Shown: piece by piece, positions 1 through 10,430 of the stretch
Layout: the number at the start of each line of letters is the position of its first letter
Position numbering within the stretch: the stretch's first letter is position 1
The notes under the pieces: generated by a model
What the model was told of the DNA's origin: nothing
Database searches by the model: none
Seen by the model: the letters and a program-made list of their open reading frames with translations, nothing else
From: Rhizobiaceae bacterium
GTDB lineage: Bacteria; Pseudomonadota; Alphaproteobacteria; Rhizobiales; Rhizobiaceae
Direction: 5' to 3'
Length of the DNA stretch: 64,000 bases
NCBI GenBank assembly: GCA_040880025.1
Contig: JBBDJD010000007.1
Location: forward strand, 64,035-128,034
Translations under genes and position numbers: made by a program

Positions 1-255
1 CGGTGGGGACAAGTGGCGCACAGCCGGCACAATGAGCAACTGGCCCGGGAGACCTACCGGCCCGACCTTTACCGCGAGGCACTGCGTCCTTTGGGCGTGG
101 CGCTGCCCAGCGCCAATTCCAAGGTCGAGGGCGCATTGAAGACCGCGACGCCGGTCGGTTCAGCCGGCGCCAGCCTCGTTCTCGGTCCCGACGGTTTCTT
201 CGATGGCCGGGTGTTCGATCCGGACAGGCTGGACGACTATCTCGCCGCCCAATAG
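1..255 (+). CDS. nasS: 3' end of NasS-like nitrate sensor (CmpA/NrtA family), truncated by window edge
   Basis: C-terminal YRPDLYREAL...EG...PDGFFDGRVFDP motif of NrtA/NasS proteins; lies directly upstream of an ANTAR leader and nitrate genes. Confidence 0.75.
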   Translation, partial: RWGQVAHSRHNEQLARETYRPDLYREALRPLGVALPSANSKVEGALKTATPVGSAGASLVLGPDGFFDGRVFDPDRLDDYLAAQ

Positions 256-271
256 CCCGATGCGGCAATTC

Positions 272-288
272 CGCACATCATTTGTGCA
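272..288. promoter_or_regulatory. Putative NtrC-type binding site
   Basis: CGCAC-atcattt-GTGCA fits TGCAC-N7-GTGCA (one mismatch), in an AT-rich region upstream of the nitrate operon. Confidence 0.5.
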
Positions 289-476
289 GATATGTGCATT
301 GCACAAAAATTCATCGCGTATCCGCCCGTTTGCTGTCCGAATAAGCAGAATATGCTGAAGGATTGTGCGTTGCAGCACAACTAAGCATCTGAAATAACAG
401 CGTTTTTTGCTTGATATGCGCCGCAAACCGTGCTTCGATAATGCCGAAGCCGACGTAGGCTCTCCCAAGAAAGTCC

Positions 477-567
477 GCACCCAATGACGGGTGCCGCAGG
501 CAAAGCCGCCAATCAGGAAACGCTCATCGGGACCGTCCGGGGGCAAACCTGATCGGCGGCTTTTTTT
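477..567 (+). promoter_or_regulatory. ANTAR (NasT) dual-hairpin antitermination leader with overlapping intrinsic terminator
   Basis: P1 gcaccc-AATGAC-gggtgc (477-494); P2 ggc-AAAGCC-gcc (499-510); both are hexaloops with A1/G4. P2 overlaps the 5' arm of terminator aaagccgcc-a-atcagg...cctgat-c-ggcggc-T7 (502-567). Confidence 0.85.
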
Positions 568-628
568 CGTTTTCGCCACATGGAATTCAGCCCGCGCAAC
601 CAAGTCGTTGCCAGCCACGGAGCCCAAG

Positions 629-2041
629 ATGAAGATGCTGTTTCGCAGTCTCCTGTCCCGCCGTCGAACCCTACTTGCCGCAGGCCTGGCGCTCGCCGCC
701 GCGCCCTTTGCCTCATTGTCCGCACACGCCGAAATGCTCGACGTGGAAAAGGACGAGCTCAAATTCGGTTTCATCAAGCTCACCGACATGGCGCCGCTCG
801 CGATCGCCTATGAGAAGGGCTATTTCGAAGACGAAGGCCTGTTCGTGACGCTTGAGCCGCAGGCCAACTGGAAGGTCCTGCTCGACCGGGTGATCACGGG
901 CGAACTGGACGGCGCGCACATGCTTGCCGGTCAGCCACTCGCCGCCACGATCGGCTTCGGCACCAAGGCGCACATCGTCACCCCCTTCTCCATGGACCTC
1001 AACGGCAACGGAATCACCGTTTCCAACGAGATCTGGGAGATGATGAAGGCCAACATACCGATCGGCGATGACGGCAAACCGATCCATCCGATCAAGGCCG
1101 ATGCGTTGAAGCCGGTGGTCGACAAGCTCAAGTCCGAGGGCAAGTCCTTCAACATGGGCATGGTGTTCCCGGTCTCAACGCACAATTACGAACTGCGCTA
1201 CTGGCTGGCATCGGGCGGCATTCATCCGGGCTTTTATTCGAAGACCGACGTGTCCGGACAGATCAAGGCCGAAGCGCTGTTGTCGGTGACCCCGCCGCCG
1301 CAGATGCCTTCGACACTGGAGGCTGGCACGATCCACGGCTATTGCGTCGGCGAACCCTGGAACCAGCAGGCCGTGTTCAAGGGCATCGGCGTTCCGGTGA
1401 TCACCGACTACGAGATATGGAAGAACAATCCGGAGAAAGTCTTCGGCCTGACCGCCGGGTTCGTTGAAGAGAAACCCAACACGACGCTCGCCATTACCAA
1501 GGCGTTGATCCGCGCCGCCAAATGGCTGGATGAAAACGACAACGCCAACCGCATGGAAGCGGTCGAGATCCTGTCGCGTTCCGAATATGTGGGCGCCGAC
1601 GAAGAGGTCATCGCCAATTCGATGACCGGCACGTTCGAATATGAGAAAGGCGACAAGCGCGACGTTCCCGACTTCAACGTGTTCTACCGCTACTTCGCCA
1701 CCTACCCCTATTATTCGGACGCCGTCTGGTACCTCACCCAGATGCGCCGCTGGGGCCAGATTCCCGAGGCGAAGGACGACAGCTGGTACGACGAGGTCGC
1801 AAAGTCGGTCTATCGCCCGGATCTCTACCTCGCCGCAGCCAGGATGCTGGTCGAGGAAGGCCACGTCGAAGAGGCGGATTTCCCTTGGGAAACCGACGGC
1901 TACCGCGAGCCGACCCCCGCAGCCGACATCATCGACGGCGTCGCCTATGACGGCCGCGCGCCCAACGCCTATCTCGGTTCGCTCACGATCGGCCTGAAGG
2001 GCGAGCAGACGGTCGAAGGCAACGAAGTCGTCGGCGGCTGA
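629..2041 (+). CDS. nrtA: Nitrate/nitrite ABC transporter substrate-binding protein (NrtA/NasF/CmpA family)
   Basis: [18 protein letters not shown] and GYCVGEPWN motifs; twin-Arg-like signal SRRRTLL; ATG 629 with ggag RBS preferred over GTG 491. Confidence 0.93.
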   Translation: MKMLFRSLLSRRRTLLAAGLALAAAPFASLSAHAEMLDVEKDELKFGFIKLTDMAPLAIAYEKGYFEDEGLFVTLEPQANWKVLLDRVITGELDGAHMLAGQPLAATIGFGTKAHIVTPFSMDLNGNGITVSNEIWEMMKANIPIGDDGKPIHPIKADALKPVVDKLKSEGKSFNMGMVFPVSTHNYELRYWLASGGIHPGFYSKTDVSGQIKAEALLSVTPPPQMPSTLEAGTIHGYCVGEPWNQQAVFKGIGVPVITDYEIWKNNPEKVFGLTAGFVEEKPNTTLAITKALIRAAKWLDENDNANRMEAVEILSRSEYVGADEEVIANSMTGTFEYEKGDKRDVPDFNVFYRYFATYPYYSDAVWYLTQMRRWGQIPEAKDDSWYDEVAKSVYRPDLYLAAARMLVEEGHVEEADFPWETDGYREPTPAADIIDGVAYDGRAPNAYLGSLTIGLKGEQTVEGNEVVGG

Positions 2042-2047
2042 CGCCAA

Positions 2048-2077
2048 GACCGGCGACGGCTTCCGCCGCCGCCGGTC
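2048..2077 (+). terminator. GC-rich hairpin after nrtA (mRNA stabiliser or partial terminator)
   Basis: gaccggcgacggc-ttcc-gccgccgccggtc; no long U tract. Confidence 0.5.
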
Positions 2078-2111
2078 AAATCTTCCCACACAAGACACCA
2101 GGACCCGGATC

Positions 2112-3185
2112 ATGGCGAACGCCACGGACGCAATCGAAACGAGCAATGGGCGCAGGGAACGCGTTTTCACTGCAATCAACAGGGCAGGCGGCTGGCTCGA
2201 CGCTCTCGGCTTTTCGTGGCTGGTCCCGATCCTGAGGATCGCAGCGGGCGACAATCCGCGCGAACAGATGAATGAGTTGAAGCGTGTGCTGTTCATTCCG
2301 CTGATCGGCATCGCGGCCTTCCTCACCATGTGGGGCGTGCTTGCGCCGCAGGTGCAGACGTCGCTCGGCGCCGTGCCGGGCCCGGCCCAGGTCTGGGAGC
2401 AGACCGTCAATCTGTGGGACGACTATTTCCGCGAGCGCGAAAAGGCGGCCGATTTCTATGATCGCCAGGAGGAACGCAACGCCAAGCTCGAAGCCGAAGG
2501 CAAGGCCGACAAGATCAGGTGGCGTGCCTATACCGGGGCGCCCACCTATGTTGACCAGATACAGACCTCGCTCGTCACCGTGGGTCTGGGCTTCCTGATC
2601 GCGACGCTGGTCGCGGTACCGCTCGGCATCGCATCGGGGCTGTCACGCAGCTTCAACGGCGCGATCAATCCGCTGATCCAGATATTCAAGCCGGTCTCGC
2701 CGCTCGCCTGGCTGCCGATCGTCACCATGATCGTCTCGGCGGTCTACGCCAATCCGGTCGACTGGCTGCCGAAATCGCTGCTGATCTCGGCGGTGACCGT
2801 CACGCTCTGTTCGCTGTGGCCGACGCTGATAAACACCGCGCTCGGCGTTGCCTCCGTCGACAAGGATTTGATGAATGTCAGCCGCGTGCTGCAATTGCCG
2901 ACGCGCAAGACGATCACGCGTATCGTCCTGCCTTCGGCTCTGCCGCTGATCTTCACCGGGCTTCGCCTGTCGCTCGGCGTCGGATGGATGGTGCTGATCG
3001 CAGCCGAAATGCTCGCCCAGAACCCAGGACTCGGCAAGTTCGTCTGGGACGAATTCCAGAACGGCTCCTCGCAGTCCCTGGCCAAGATCATGGTCGCGGT
3101 GCTGACCATCGGCCTGATCGGCTTCGCGCTCGACCGGCTGATGTTCGCCTTGCAGCGCGCCTTCACCTTTTCGGCAAACCGGTAG
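2112..3185 (+). CDS. nrtB: Nitrate ABC transporter permease
   Basis: PLIQIFKPVSPLAWLP, LWPTLINTALG and GWMVLIAAEML motifs. Confidence 0.93.
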   Translation: MANATDAIETSNGRRERVFTAINRAGGWLDALGFSWLVPILRIAAGDNPREQMNELKRVLFIPLIGIAAFLTMWGVLAPQVQTSLGAVPGPAQVWEQTVNLWDDYFREREKAADFYDRQEERNAKLEAEGKADKIRWRAYTGAPTYVDQIQTSLVTVGLGFLIATLVAVPLGIASGLSRSFNGAINPLIQIFKPVSPLAWLPIVTMIVSAVYANPVDWLPKSLLISAVTVTLCSLWPTLINTALGVASVDKDLMNVSRVLQLPTRKTITRIVLPSALPLIFTGLRLSLGVGWMVLIAAEMLAQNPGLGKFVWDEFQNGSSQSLAKIMVAVLTIGLIGFALDRLMFALQRAFTFSANR

Positions 3186-3194
3186 GAGCAGGCG

Positions 3195-4952
3195 ATGAGC
3201 ATCCCCGTTGTCGAAATCACCGGCCTGTCAAAGCATTACGGAGAAGGCGCGGCCCGCACCGAGGTGCTGGAGAACGTCAACCTGAAGGTGGCGGACGGCG
3301 AGTTCATCGCCATCGTCGGCTTCTCCGGCTCGGGCAAGACGACGTTGATCTCGACGCTTGCCGGGCTGATCAAGCCCGATCTGGGCGGCGTCATCTATAT
3401 GGGCAAGGAGATCGACGGTCCGGGTTCCGAACGCGGCGTCGTGTTCCAGTCCTATTCGCTGATGCCGTGGCTGTCGGTGGAGGGCAATGTCGCGCTGGCC
3501 GTCGACAGCGTGTTCCGCGGCAAGCCGCGTGCCGAGCGCCGGGCGATCGTCGACAAATATATCGAGATGGTTGGTCTGGCCCACGCCCGCGACCGCAAGC
3601 CGGCGGAGCTTTCCGGAGGCATGCGCCAGCGCGTCGCCGTTGCCCGCGCACTCGCCATGCAGCCGCAGGTGCTGCTGTTGGACGAACCGTTGTCGGCGCT
3701 GGACGCGCTCACCCGCGCCAAGCTGCAGGACGAATTCGCGGCGATCTGCGAGAAGGAAAAGAAGACCATCATCCTCATCACCAATGACGTGGATGAGGCG
3801 ATCCTGCTCGCCGACCGCATCATTCCGCTCACGCCCGGGCCCAAAGCCACGCTGGGACGCGAGTTCACGGTGGATCTCCCGCGGCCACGCGATCGCGGCG
3901 ACATGAACCACGACGAGGCTTTCATCGGCCTGCGCGCGGCGATCACGCAATATCTGATGGATATGGGCGCTGAGCGCGGCGACGACTCTGAGAGCGATAT
4001 CAGGCTTCCCGATATCGTGCCGTTCACGCGAAAGGACGAGCTCCCGCAGGCCTATGTGAAGGCCGCGCAGGCGGTGACGGACGATCGCTTCCTCGAGTTC
4101 AGCCAGTTGAGCAAAGTCTACCCTACGCCCAAGGGCCCTCTGACCGTCGTCGACGGTTTCGAGCTGAAGATGAAAAAGGGCGAGTTCACCACGCTGATCG
4201 GACATTCTGGCTGCGGAAAATCGACGGTCCTGTCGATGGTTGCGGGTCTCAATCCGATCAGCGATGGCGCCATCATTCTCGACGGCAAGCACATCACCCA
4301 GGCTGGTCCCGACCGCGCCGTTGTATTCCAGGCGCCTTCGCTGATGCCTTGGCTGACGGCTTACGACAATGTCGCGCTGGGCGTCGACCGGGTCTATCCC
4401 GACGCGACCGCCAAGGAGCGGGCGGAGGTCGTCGAATACTACCTGTCCCGCGTCGGCCTGGCCGATTCAATGCACAAGCCGGCGGCGGACCTGTCCAACG
4501 GCATGAAACAGCGCGTCGGCATCGCCCGCGCCTTCTCGCTTTCGCCGAAGCTGCTGCTGCTCGACGAACCCTTCGGCATGCTCGACAGCCTGACGCGCTG
4601 GGAGCTCCAGGACGTGCTGATGGATGTGTGGACGCGCACCAAGGTGACGGCGATCTGCGTCACGCATGATGTCGACGAGGCGATCCTTCTGGCGGACCGG
4701 GTGGTGATGATGTCGAACGGGCCCAACGCGCGTATCGGCAACATCATGGAAGTCGATCTGCAGCGGCCGCGCTCGCGCAAGGCGCTGCTCGCGCACCCCG
4801 ACTACTACGCCTATCGCGAGGAGCTGCTCGACTTCCTCGAGGCCTATGAGGGCGGGGCAAATCCCGGTCCCGAACAGCTGAAGTCCATCCAGCAAAAACG
4901 TCAAAAGCGGCTCGCGCGGCAGGGACGCGCCGCGCTGGAAGCCGCGGAGTGA
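3195..4952 (+). CDS. Nitrate ABC transporter ATP-binding protein with two fused NBDs (NrtC/NrtD-like)
   Basis: Two Walker A motifs ([16 protein letters not shown]) and two Walker B motifs (LLLDEP); signatures LSGGM and LSNGM. Confidence 0.92.
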   Translation: MSIPVVEITGLSKHYGEGAARTEVLENVNLKVADGEFIAIVGFSGSGKTTLISTLAGLIKPDLGGVIYMGKEIDGPGSERGVVFQSYSLMPWLSVEGNVALAVDSVFRGKPRAERRAIVDKYIEMVGLAHARDRKPAELSGGMRQRVAVARALAMQPQVLLLDEPLSALDALTRAKLQDEFAAICEKEKKTIILITNDVDEAILLADRIIPLTPGPKATLGREFTVDLPRPRDRGDMNHDEAFIGLRAAITQYLMDMGAERGDDSESDIRLPDIVPFTRKDELPQAYVKAAQAVTDDRFLEFSQLSKVYPTPKGPLTVVDGFELKMKKGEFTTLIGHSGCGKSTVLSMVAGLNPISDGAIILDGKHITQAGPDRAVVFQAPSLMPWLTAYDNVALGVDRVYPDATAKERAEVVEYYLSRVGLADSMHKPAADLSNGMKQRVGIARAFSLSPKLLLLDEPFGMLDSLTRWELQDVLMDVWTRTKVTAICVTHDVDEAILLADRVVMMSNGPNARIGNIMEVDLQRPRSRKALLAHPDYYAYREELLDFLEAYEGGANPGPEQLKSIQQKRQKRLARQGRAALEAAE

Positions 4953-4957
4953 GCGTC

Positions 4958-7408
4958 ATGAGCAAGCAGAAACTTGTCATCATCGGCAACGGCATGGCGC
5001 CCGGGCGAATGCTGGAACACCTCTTCGAAAAGTCCCCCGAGGCCTATGAGGTGACGATCTTCAACGCCGAGCCGCGGGTCAATTACGATCGCATCATGCT
5101 GTCGCCGGTGCTTTCCGGCGAGAAGAGCTATGAAGAGATCGTGATCCATGGCGATGGCTGGTACATCGACAACGGAATCACCCTCTACAAGGGCCACAAG
5201 GTCGTTGCGATCGACCGATCGGCGAAGACCGTCACCTCCGAGCATGGCGAAGTCGCCGCTTACGACAAGCTGGTAATCGCTACCGGCTCCAACCCCTTTA
5301 TCATCCCCGTGCCGGGCAAGGACCTGCCGGGCGTTCTCACCTACCGCGATCTCGACGATGTCGAGGCGATGCTGCTGGCGGCCCAGTCGCGCGAGAAAGC
5401 AGTGGTGATCGGCGGCGGGCTGCTGGGGCTGGAGGCCGCGGCAGGTCTCAGGGAGCGCGGCATGGACGTCACCGTGCTGCACATCATGCCGACGCTGATG
5501 GAGCGCCAGCTCGACCCCGCGGCCGGCTACCTGCTGCAGCGAGCGCTGGAACAGCGCGGCATCAAGGTGATGTGCAAGGCAGACACAAAAGCGATCGTCG
5601 GCAATGGCAGGGTCGGGGGCGTCGAGCTTGGAGACGGCACCATTGTACCGGCATCGCTGGTCATCATGGCGGTTGGCATCCGTCCCAATGCGGGGCTTGC
5701 GAAGGAGGCCGGGCTGGAAGTCAATCGCGGCATCGTGGTCGATGGCGCGATGCGCACCAGCGATCCAGACATACTGTCGCTCGGCGAGTGCGCGGAAGTG
5801 AAGGGCCAGGTCTACGGGCTCGTAGCGCCGCTCTACGAGATGGCGAGGGTTGCCGCCGGCCATCTCGCAGGCGAGGCGGGCGCCGAGTTCATTCACGTCG
5901 ATACACCGACCAAGCTCAAGGTCACCGGCATCGACCTCTATTCGCTGGGCGATTTCGCAGAGAGCGACGACCGCGAGGAGATTGTGCTGCGCGACGCGAC
6001 GGCGGGCATCTACAAGCGCGTGGTGCTCAAGGACAATCGCATCGTCGGCACCGTGCTTTACGGCGAGACCTCCGACGGCGCCTGGTTCAACGATCTGAAG
6101 AAGAAGCAGACCGATATCTCGGAGATGCGCGAGACGCTGATCTTCGGACAGGGCTATCAGGGGGCCGAACCGCTGGACCCTATGGCGGCCGTTGCAGCCT
6201 TGCCGGATGATGCGGAAATCTGCGGCTGCAACGGCGTATGCAAGGGAAAGATCACCGGCACAATCACCGAAAAGGGCCTCACTACGCTGGACGCGGTGCG
6301 CGCCCACACCAAGGCGTCCAACTCCTGCGGCACCTGCACCGGGCTTGTCGAGAAGCTGATGGCGCTGACGCTGGGCGACGCCTACAACCCGGCAGCGATC
6401 CAGCCCATGTGCGGCTGTACCGATCTGGGGCATGACGAGGTGCGCCGCCTGATCAAGGCGAAGGGTCTGAAGTCCATTCCCGCCGTCATGCAGGAACTCG
6501 AATGGAAGACCTCCTGCGGCTGTGCCAAATGCCGCCCGGCGCTCAACTACTATCTCGTGGCCGACTGGCCGGACGAGTATGCCGACGACTACCAGTCGCG
6601 CTTCATCAATGAGCGCGTTCACGCCAACATCCAGAAGGACGGCACCTATTCCGTGGTGCCGCGCATGTGGGGCGGGGTGACGAGCTCGAAGGAACTGCGC
6701 GCCATCGCCGACGTGGTCGACAAGTTCGCCATCCCGACGGTCAAGGTGACCGGCGGTCAGCGCATCGACATGCTGGGCATCCGCAAGGAAGACCTTCCGG
6801 CGGTCTGGGCCGATCTGGGCAAGGCCGGCTTCGTTTCGGGTCAGGCCTATGCCAAGGGGCTCCGCACGGTGAAGACCTGCGTGGGCTCCGACTGGTGCCG
6901 TTTCGGCACGCAGGATTCGACCGGGCTCGGCATCCGCATCGAAAAATTCATGTGGGGATCGTGGACGCCCGCCAAGGTGAAGATGGCCGTGTCGGGCTGC
7001 CCGAGGAACTGCGCCGAGGCGACCTGCAAGGATGTCGGCGTAGTCTGCGTGGATTCAGGCTTCGAAATTCATTTTGCGGGCGCAGCCGGGCTCGACATCA
7101 AGGGCACGGAGGTGCTGGGCATGGTGCGCACCGAGGACGAGGCGCTCGAGCACATCGTGGCGCTCACCCAGATGTATCGCGAGCAGGGCCGCTATCTCGA
7201 GCGCATCTACAAATGGGCGAAGCGCATTGGCTATGACGAGGTGCGGCGCCAGATCATGGAGGACGACGGCAAGCGCAAGGCCTATTTCGACCGCTTCGTC
7301 TTCTCCCAGAAATTCGCCCAGGTGGACCCGTGGTCGGAACGTGTTTCCGGCAAGGACAAGCACGAGTTCATGCCGATGGCGACGCTTTCGCTGGAGGCGG
7401 CGGAATGA
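4958..7408 (+). CDS. nirB: Assimilatory nitrite reductase (NAD(P)H) large subunit
   Basis: GNGMA FAD fold, GGGLLGLEAA, CGCNGVCKG BFD-like clusters, KTCVGSDWCRFG and SGCPRNC siroheme/4Fe-4S ligands. Confidence 0.97.
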   Translation: MSKQKLVIIGNGMAPGRMLEHLFEKSPEAYEVTIFNAEPRVNYDRIMLSPVLSGEKSYEEIVIHGDGWYIDNGITLYKGHKVVAIDRSAKTVTSEHGEVAAYDKLVIATGSNPFIIPVPGKDLPGVLTYRDLDDVEAMLLAAQSREKAVVIGGGLLGLEAAAGLRERGMDVTVLHIMPTLMERQLDPAAGYLLQRALEQRGIKVMCKADTKAIVGNGRVGGVELGDGTIVPASLVIMAVGIRPNAGLAKEAGLEVNRGIVVDGAMRTSDPDILSLGECAEVKGQVYGLVAPLYEMARVAAGHLAGEAGAEFIHVDTPTKLKVTGIDLYSLGDFAESDDREEIVLRDATAGIYKRVVLKDNRIVGTVLYGETSDGAWFNDLKKKQTDISEMRETLIFGQGYQGAEPLDPMAAVAALPDDAEICGCNGVCKGKITGTITEKGLTTLDAVRAHTKASNSCGTCTGLVEKLMALTLGDAYNPAAIQPMCGCTDLGHDEVRRLIKAKGLKSIPAVMQELEWKTSCGCAKCRPALNYYLVADWPDEYADDYQSRFINERVHANIQKDGTYSVVPRMWGGVTSSKELRAIADVVDKFAIPTVKVTGGQRIDMLGIRKEDLPAVWADLGKAGFVSGQAYAKGLRTVKTCVGSDWCRFGTQDSTGLGIRIEKFMWGSWTPAKVKMAVSGCPRNCAEATCKDVGVVCVDSGFEIHFAGAAGLDIKGTEVLGMVRTEDEALEHIVALTQMYREQGRYLERIYKWAKRIGYDEVRRQIMEDDGKRKAYFDRFVFSQKFAQVDPWSERVSGKDKHEFMPMATLSLEAAE

Positions 7409-7749
7409 ATGCCATGTCGGCGAACTGGATTGCCATTGGCACGCTCGACGATATCCCCAGGCGCGGCGCGCGGTGCGTGAAGAATGGCGCGATGACGATC
7501 GCGGTCTTCCGGACGGCGGACGATCGCGTCTTCGCGCTGGAGGACAAGTGTCCGCACAGGAACGGCCCGCTCAGCCAGGGCATCGTCCATGACGGCTGCG
7601 TCACCTGCCCGCTGCACAATTGGGTGATCTCGCTGGAGACGGGCGAGGCGCAGGGCGCCGACGAGGGCAGGGTGATGACCGTTCCGGTCAAGGTCGAGAG
7701 CGAGCGGATCTTCGTTTCCCTGGAGGCGGCTGGCGCGAAGGCCGCATAG
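7405..7749 (+). CDS. nirD: Nitrite reductase small (Rieske) subunit
   Basis: CPH...CPLH Rieske motifs; ATGA overlap with nirB stop. Confidence 0.95.
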   Translation: MNAMSANWIAIGTLDDIPRRGARCVKNGAMTIAVFRTADDRVFALEDKCPHRNGPLSQGIVHDGCVTCPLHNWVISLETGEAQGADEGRVMTVPVKVESERIFVSLEAAGAKAA

Positions 7750-7754
7750 CAGAC

Positions 7755-10421
7755 ATGCAGCAGGAGGAAGCGCGCGAGGTGAGGACCACCTGCCCCTATT
7801 GCGGGGTAGGCTGCGGCGTGCTTGCAAAGGTCGCCGCGGACGGCGCAGTGTCGGTCCGCGGCGACCCCGATCACCCCGCCAATTTCGGACGGCTGTGCTC
7901 CAAGGGTTCCGCGCTCGGCGAAACGGTCGATCTCGACGGACGCCTGCTGCATCCTGAAATCGACGGGCGCAAGGCAAGCTGGGACGAGGCTCTCGATCTT
8001 GTCGCATCCCGCTTCTCCGCAACCGTGGCGCAATACGGACCCGACTCGGTCGCCTTCTATGTTTCGGGGCAGCTTCTCACCGAGGACTATTACGTCGCCA
8101 ACAAGCTGATGAAGGGCTTCATCGGCTCGGCCAATATCGACACCAATTCGCGCCTCTGCATGGCGTCTTCGGTCGCCGGACACCGCCGCGCGTTCGGCTC
8201 CGATACCGTACCCGGTAATTACGAGGATCTGGAACTCGCCGATCTTGTCGTGCTGGTTGGTTCCAACCTGGCCTGGTGCCATCCGGTGCTCTACCAGCGC
8301 ATCGCGGCGGCCAAGGAAAAGCGGCCGCAAATGAAGGTGGTGCTGGTCGATCCAAGGCGGACCAACACGGCGGACATGGCCGACATGCATCTGCGCATCG
8401 CGCCGGATGGCGACGTGGCGCTGTTTTCCGGCCTGCTCGCATGGCTGTCCGATGCGGGCGCATTCGACCGGCAATACATCGACAATCACACGACTGGATT
8501 CACGGACACGCTCGCCGATGCCAGATCATGGACCGTCGAGGCGGTTGCCGCACAAACGGGGATCGCAAGGGACGATCTGATCGCATTCTACAGCCTGTTC
8601 GCGCGGACCGGGCGGACCGTCACCGTCTACAGCCAGGGCGTGAACCAGTCGGCCAGCGGGACGGACAAGGTCAACGCCATCATCAACTGCCATCTCGCCA
8701 CAGGCCGCATCGGCAAGCCCGGCGCGTCGCCGTTCTCGGTGACGGGCCAGCCCAACGCGATGGGCGGGCGCGAGGTCGGTGGCCTGGCCAACATGCTGGC
8801 CGCCCATATGGAGATCGAAAACCTCGATCACCGTGGTCTGGTCGCGGGCTTCTGGAACGCGCCGCGCGTTGCATCCCAACCGGGACTGAAAGCGGTGGCC
8901 CTGTTCGACGCGATCGCGGCCGGCAAGGTCCGCGCCGTCTGGATCATGGGAACCAACCCCGCCGTATCGATGCCCGACGCGGGCAAGGTCCGCTCTGCGC
9001 TGGCCGCCTGTCCCTTCGTCGTGGTGTCCGATGTGATGGCGTCCACCGACACCATGCCTTTCGCCCATGTGAAGCTGCCCGCCGCCGCCTGGGGCGAGAA
9101 AAGCGGCACGGTCACCAATTCGGAGCGGCGCATCTCGCGCCAGCGCTCGTTTCTCCCGCTGCCGGGCGAAGCACGACCGGACTGGGACATCATCAGCGAC
9201 GTGGCGCGCCGCATGGGCTATCGGGGGGCGTTCGATTTCGCTTCTCCAACCGGCATCTTCGCAGAGCACGCCGCGCTTTCGGGCCACGAGAACGACGGCG
9301 CGCGCGATTTCGATATTTCCGCCTTCGCGGAAGTTGATGATGACGGCTACGAGCGGCTGCAACCGTTCCAGTGGCCCCTGAGCCGGGGCGAGAATAGAGG
9401 GCGGGAGCGCTTCTTCGCCGAAGGCGGCTTCTACCGACCTGAGGGCAGGGCGCGGTTCGTCGCGCCGGCCCGGTCCATCGACATTACCGGCGAGGATGGC
9501 GCGCTCACCTTCAATACGGGCCGCGTGCGCGACCATTGGCACACGCTGACCCGCACCGGCAAAAGCCCGCGGCTCTCGCAGCACATCGCCGAACCGTTTC
9601 TTGAAATCCATCCCGAGGATGCGTTGAAGCGAGGCATCCATCACGCGGACCTCGTTCGCGTGCACAATGAATTCGGCTCCGCCGTGCTGCGCGCATTGGT
9701 GACCAGCCGGCAGCGGCCGGGTTCGGTGTTTGCGCCGATGCACTGGAACGACGAATTCGCGCCAACAGCATGCGTGGACAGGCTGGTGGCGCCCGATGTG
9801 GATCCGCATTCCGGTCAGCCGGCGCTGAAGCAGTCGAAGGCGACGGTCGGGCGTTTCCCCGTGAAGGCCTACGGCTTCGCTGTGACGCGCGAGAAGCCGG
9901 AGATCGGTGATGCCGCCTATTGGGCGCTGGCGCGCTGCAAGGGCGGCTGGCGCGCCGAACTGGCCTATGTAGAGGCGAATGCTGACTGGCGCGATTATGC
10001 GGCTGGCCTTCTGGGCGCATCTTCGGCCGACGATCTGCTTGCATTCAACGACGACGCGGTCGGGCTCAGGCGCTTTGCGCTTTTCCACGACGGCCAACTC
10101 ACCGGCGCGCTGTTTCTGTCGCCTGACCCGGTCGCGGTTTCGCGCAGCTGGGCGGTCGAGCAGCTCTCGGCGGATTTCGCGGATCCGAGGGACCGGCTCG
10201 GCGTCATTGCCGGGCGGCCGGGCAAGGGCCGCGCCGATCATGGCGCGATCATCTGTTCGTGCTTTCAGGTCGGCGCCAACCAGATCGCAGCGGCCGTCCG
10301 CTCTGGCTGCCAAACGGTGGATGCCGTCGGCGCTGCCGTCAGCGCCGGCACCAATTGCGGCTCCTGCCGCGCGGAAATCAGGACAATCATCGGCGATAAC
10401 CGTCTTGCGGCCGCCGAGTGA
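7755..10421 (+). CDS. nasA: Assimilatory nitrate reductase catalytic subunit (Mo-bisPGD)
   Basis: TTCPYCGVGCG...LCSKG, NSRLCM, GQPNAMGGRE, C-terminal CSCF...NCGSC BFD-like domain. Confidence 0.96.
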   Translation: MQQEEAREVRTTCPYCGVGCGVLAKVAADGAVSVRGDPDHPANFGRLCSKGSALGETVDLDGRLLHPEIDGRKASWDEALDLVASRFSATVAQYGPDSVAFYVSGQLLTEDYYVANKLMKGFIGSANIDTNSRLCMASSVAGHRRAFGSDTVPGNYEDLELADLVVLVGSNLAWCHPVLYQRIAAAKEKRPQMKVVLVDPRRTNTADMADMHLRIAPDGDVALFSGLLAWLSDAGAFDRQYIDNHTTGFTDTLADARSWTVEAVAAQTGIARDDLIAFYSLFARTGRTVTVYSQGVNQSASGTDKVNAIINCHLATGRIGKPGASPFSVTGQPNAMGGREVGGLANMLAAHMEIENLDHRGLVAGFWNAPRVASQPGLKAVALFDAIAAGKVRAVWIMGTNPAVSMPDAGKVRSALAACPFVVVSDVMASTDTMPFAHVKLPAAAWGEKSGTVTNSERRISRQRSFLPLPGEARPDWDIISDVARRMGYRGAFDFASPTGIFAEHAALSGHENDGARDFDISAFAEVDDDGYERLQPFQWPLSRGENRGRERFFAEGGFYRPEGRARFVAPARSIDITGEDGALTFNTGRVRDHWHTLTRTGKSPRLSQHIAEPFLEIHPEDALKRGIHHADLVRVHNEFGSAVLRALVTSRQRPGSVFAPMHWNDEFAPTACVDRLVAPDVDPHSGQPALKQSKATVGRFPVKAYGFAVTREKPEIGDAAYWALARCKGGWRAELAYVEANADWRDYAAGLLGASSADDLLAFNDDAVGLRRFALFHDGQLTGALFLSPDPVAVSRSWAVEQLSADFADPRDRLGVIAGRPGKGRADHGAIICSCFQVGANQIAAAVRSGCQTVDAVGAAVSAGTNCGSCRAEIRTIIGDNRLAAAE

Positions 10422-10430
10422 GGTCAGACC

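Noticed and set aside
491-628. Extended N-terminus of nrtA from GTG 491
   Set aside because: It runs through the ANTAR leader and terminator; ATG 629 has an RBS and signal peptide. Similar over-extensions were trimmed for rpmB, GntR, DUF3108, Gfo and nasA.
4901-10313. Long antisense ORFs opposite nirB and nasA (573 aa, 373 aa, 595 aa)
   Set aside because: Shadow frames of GC-rich genes with strong codon bias; no motifs, RBS or independent context.
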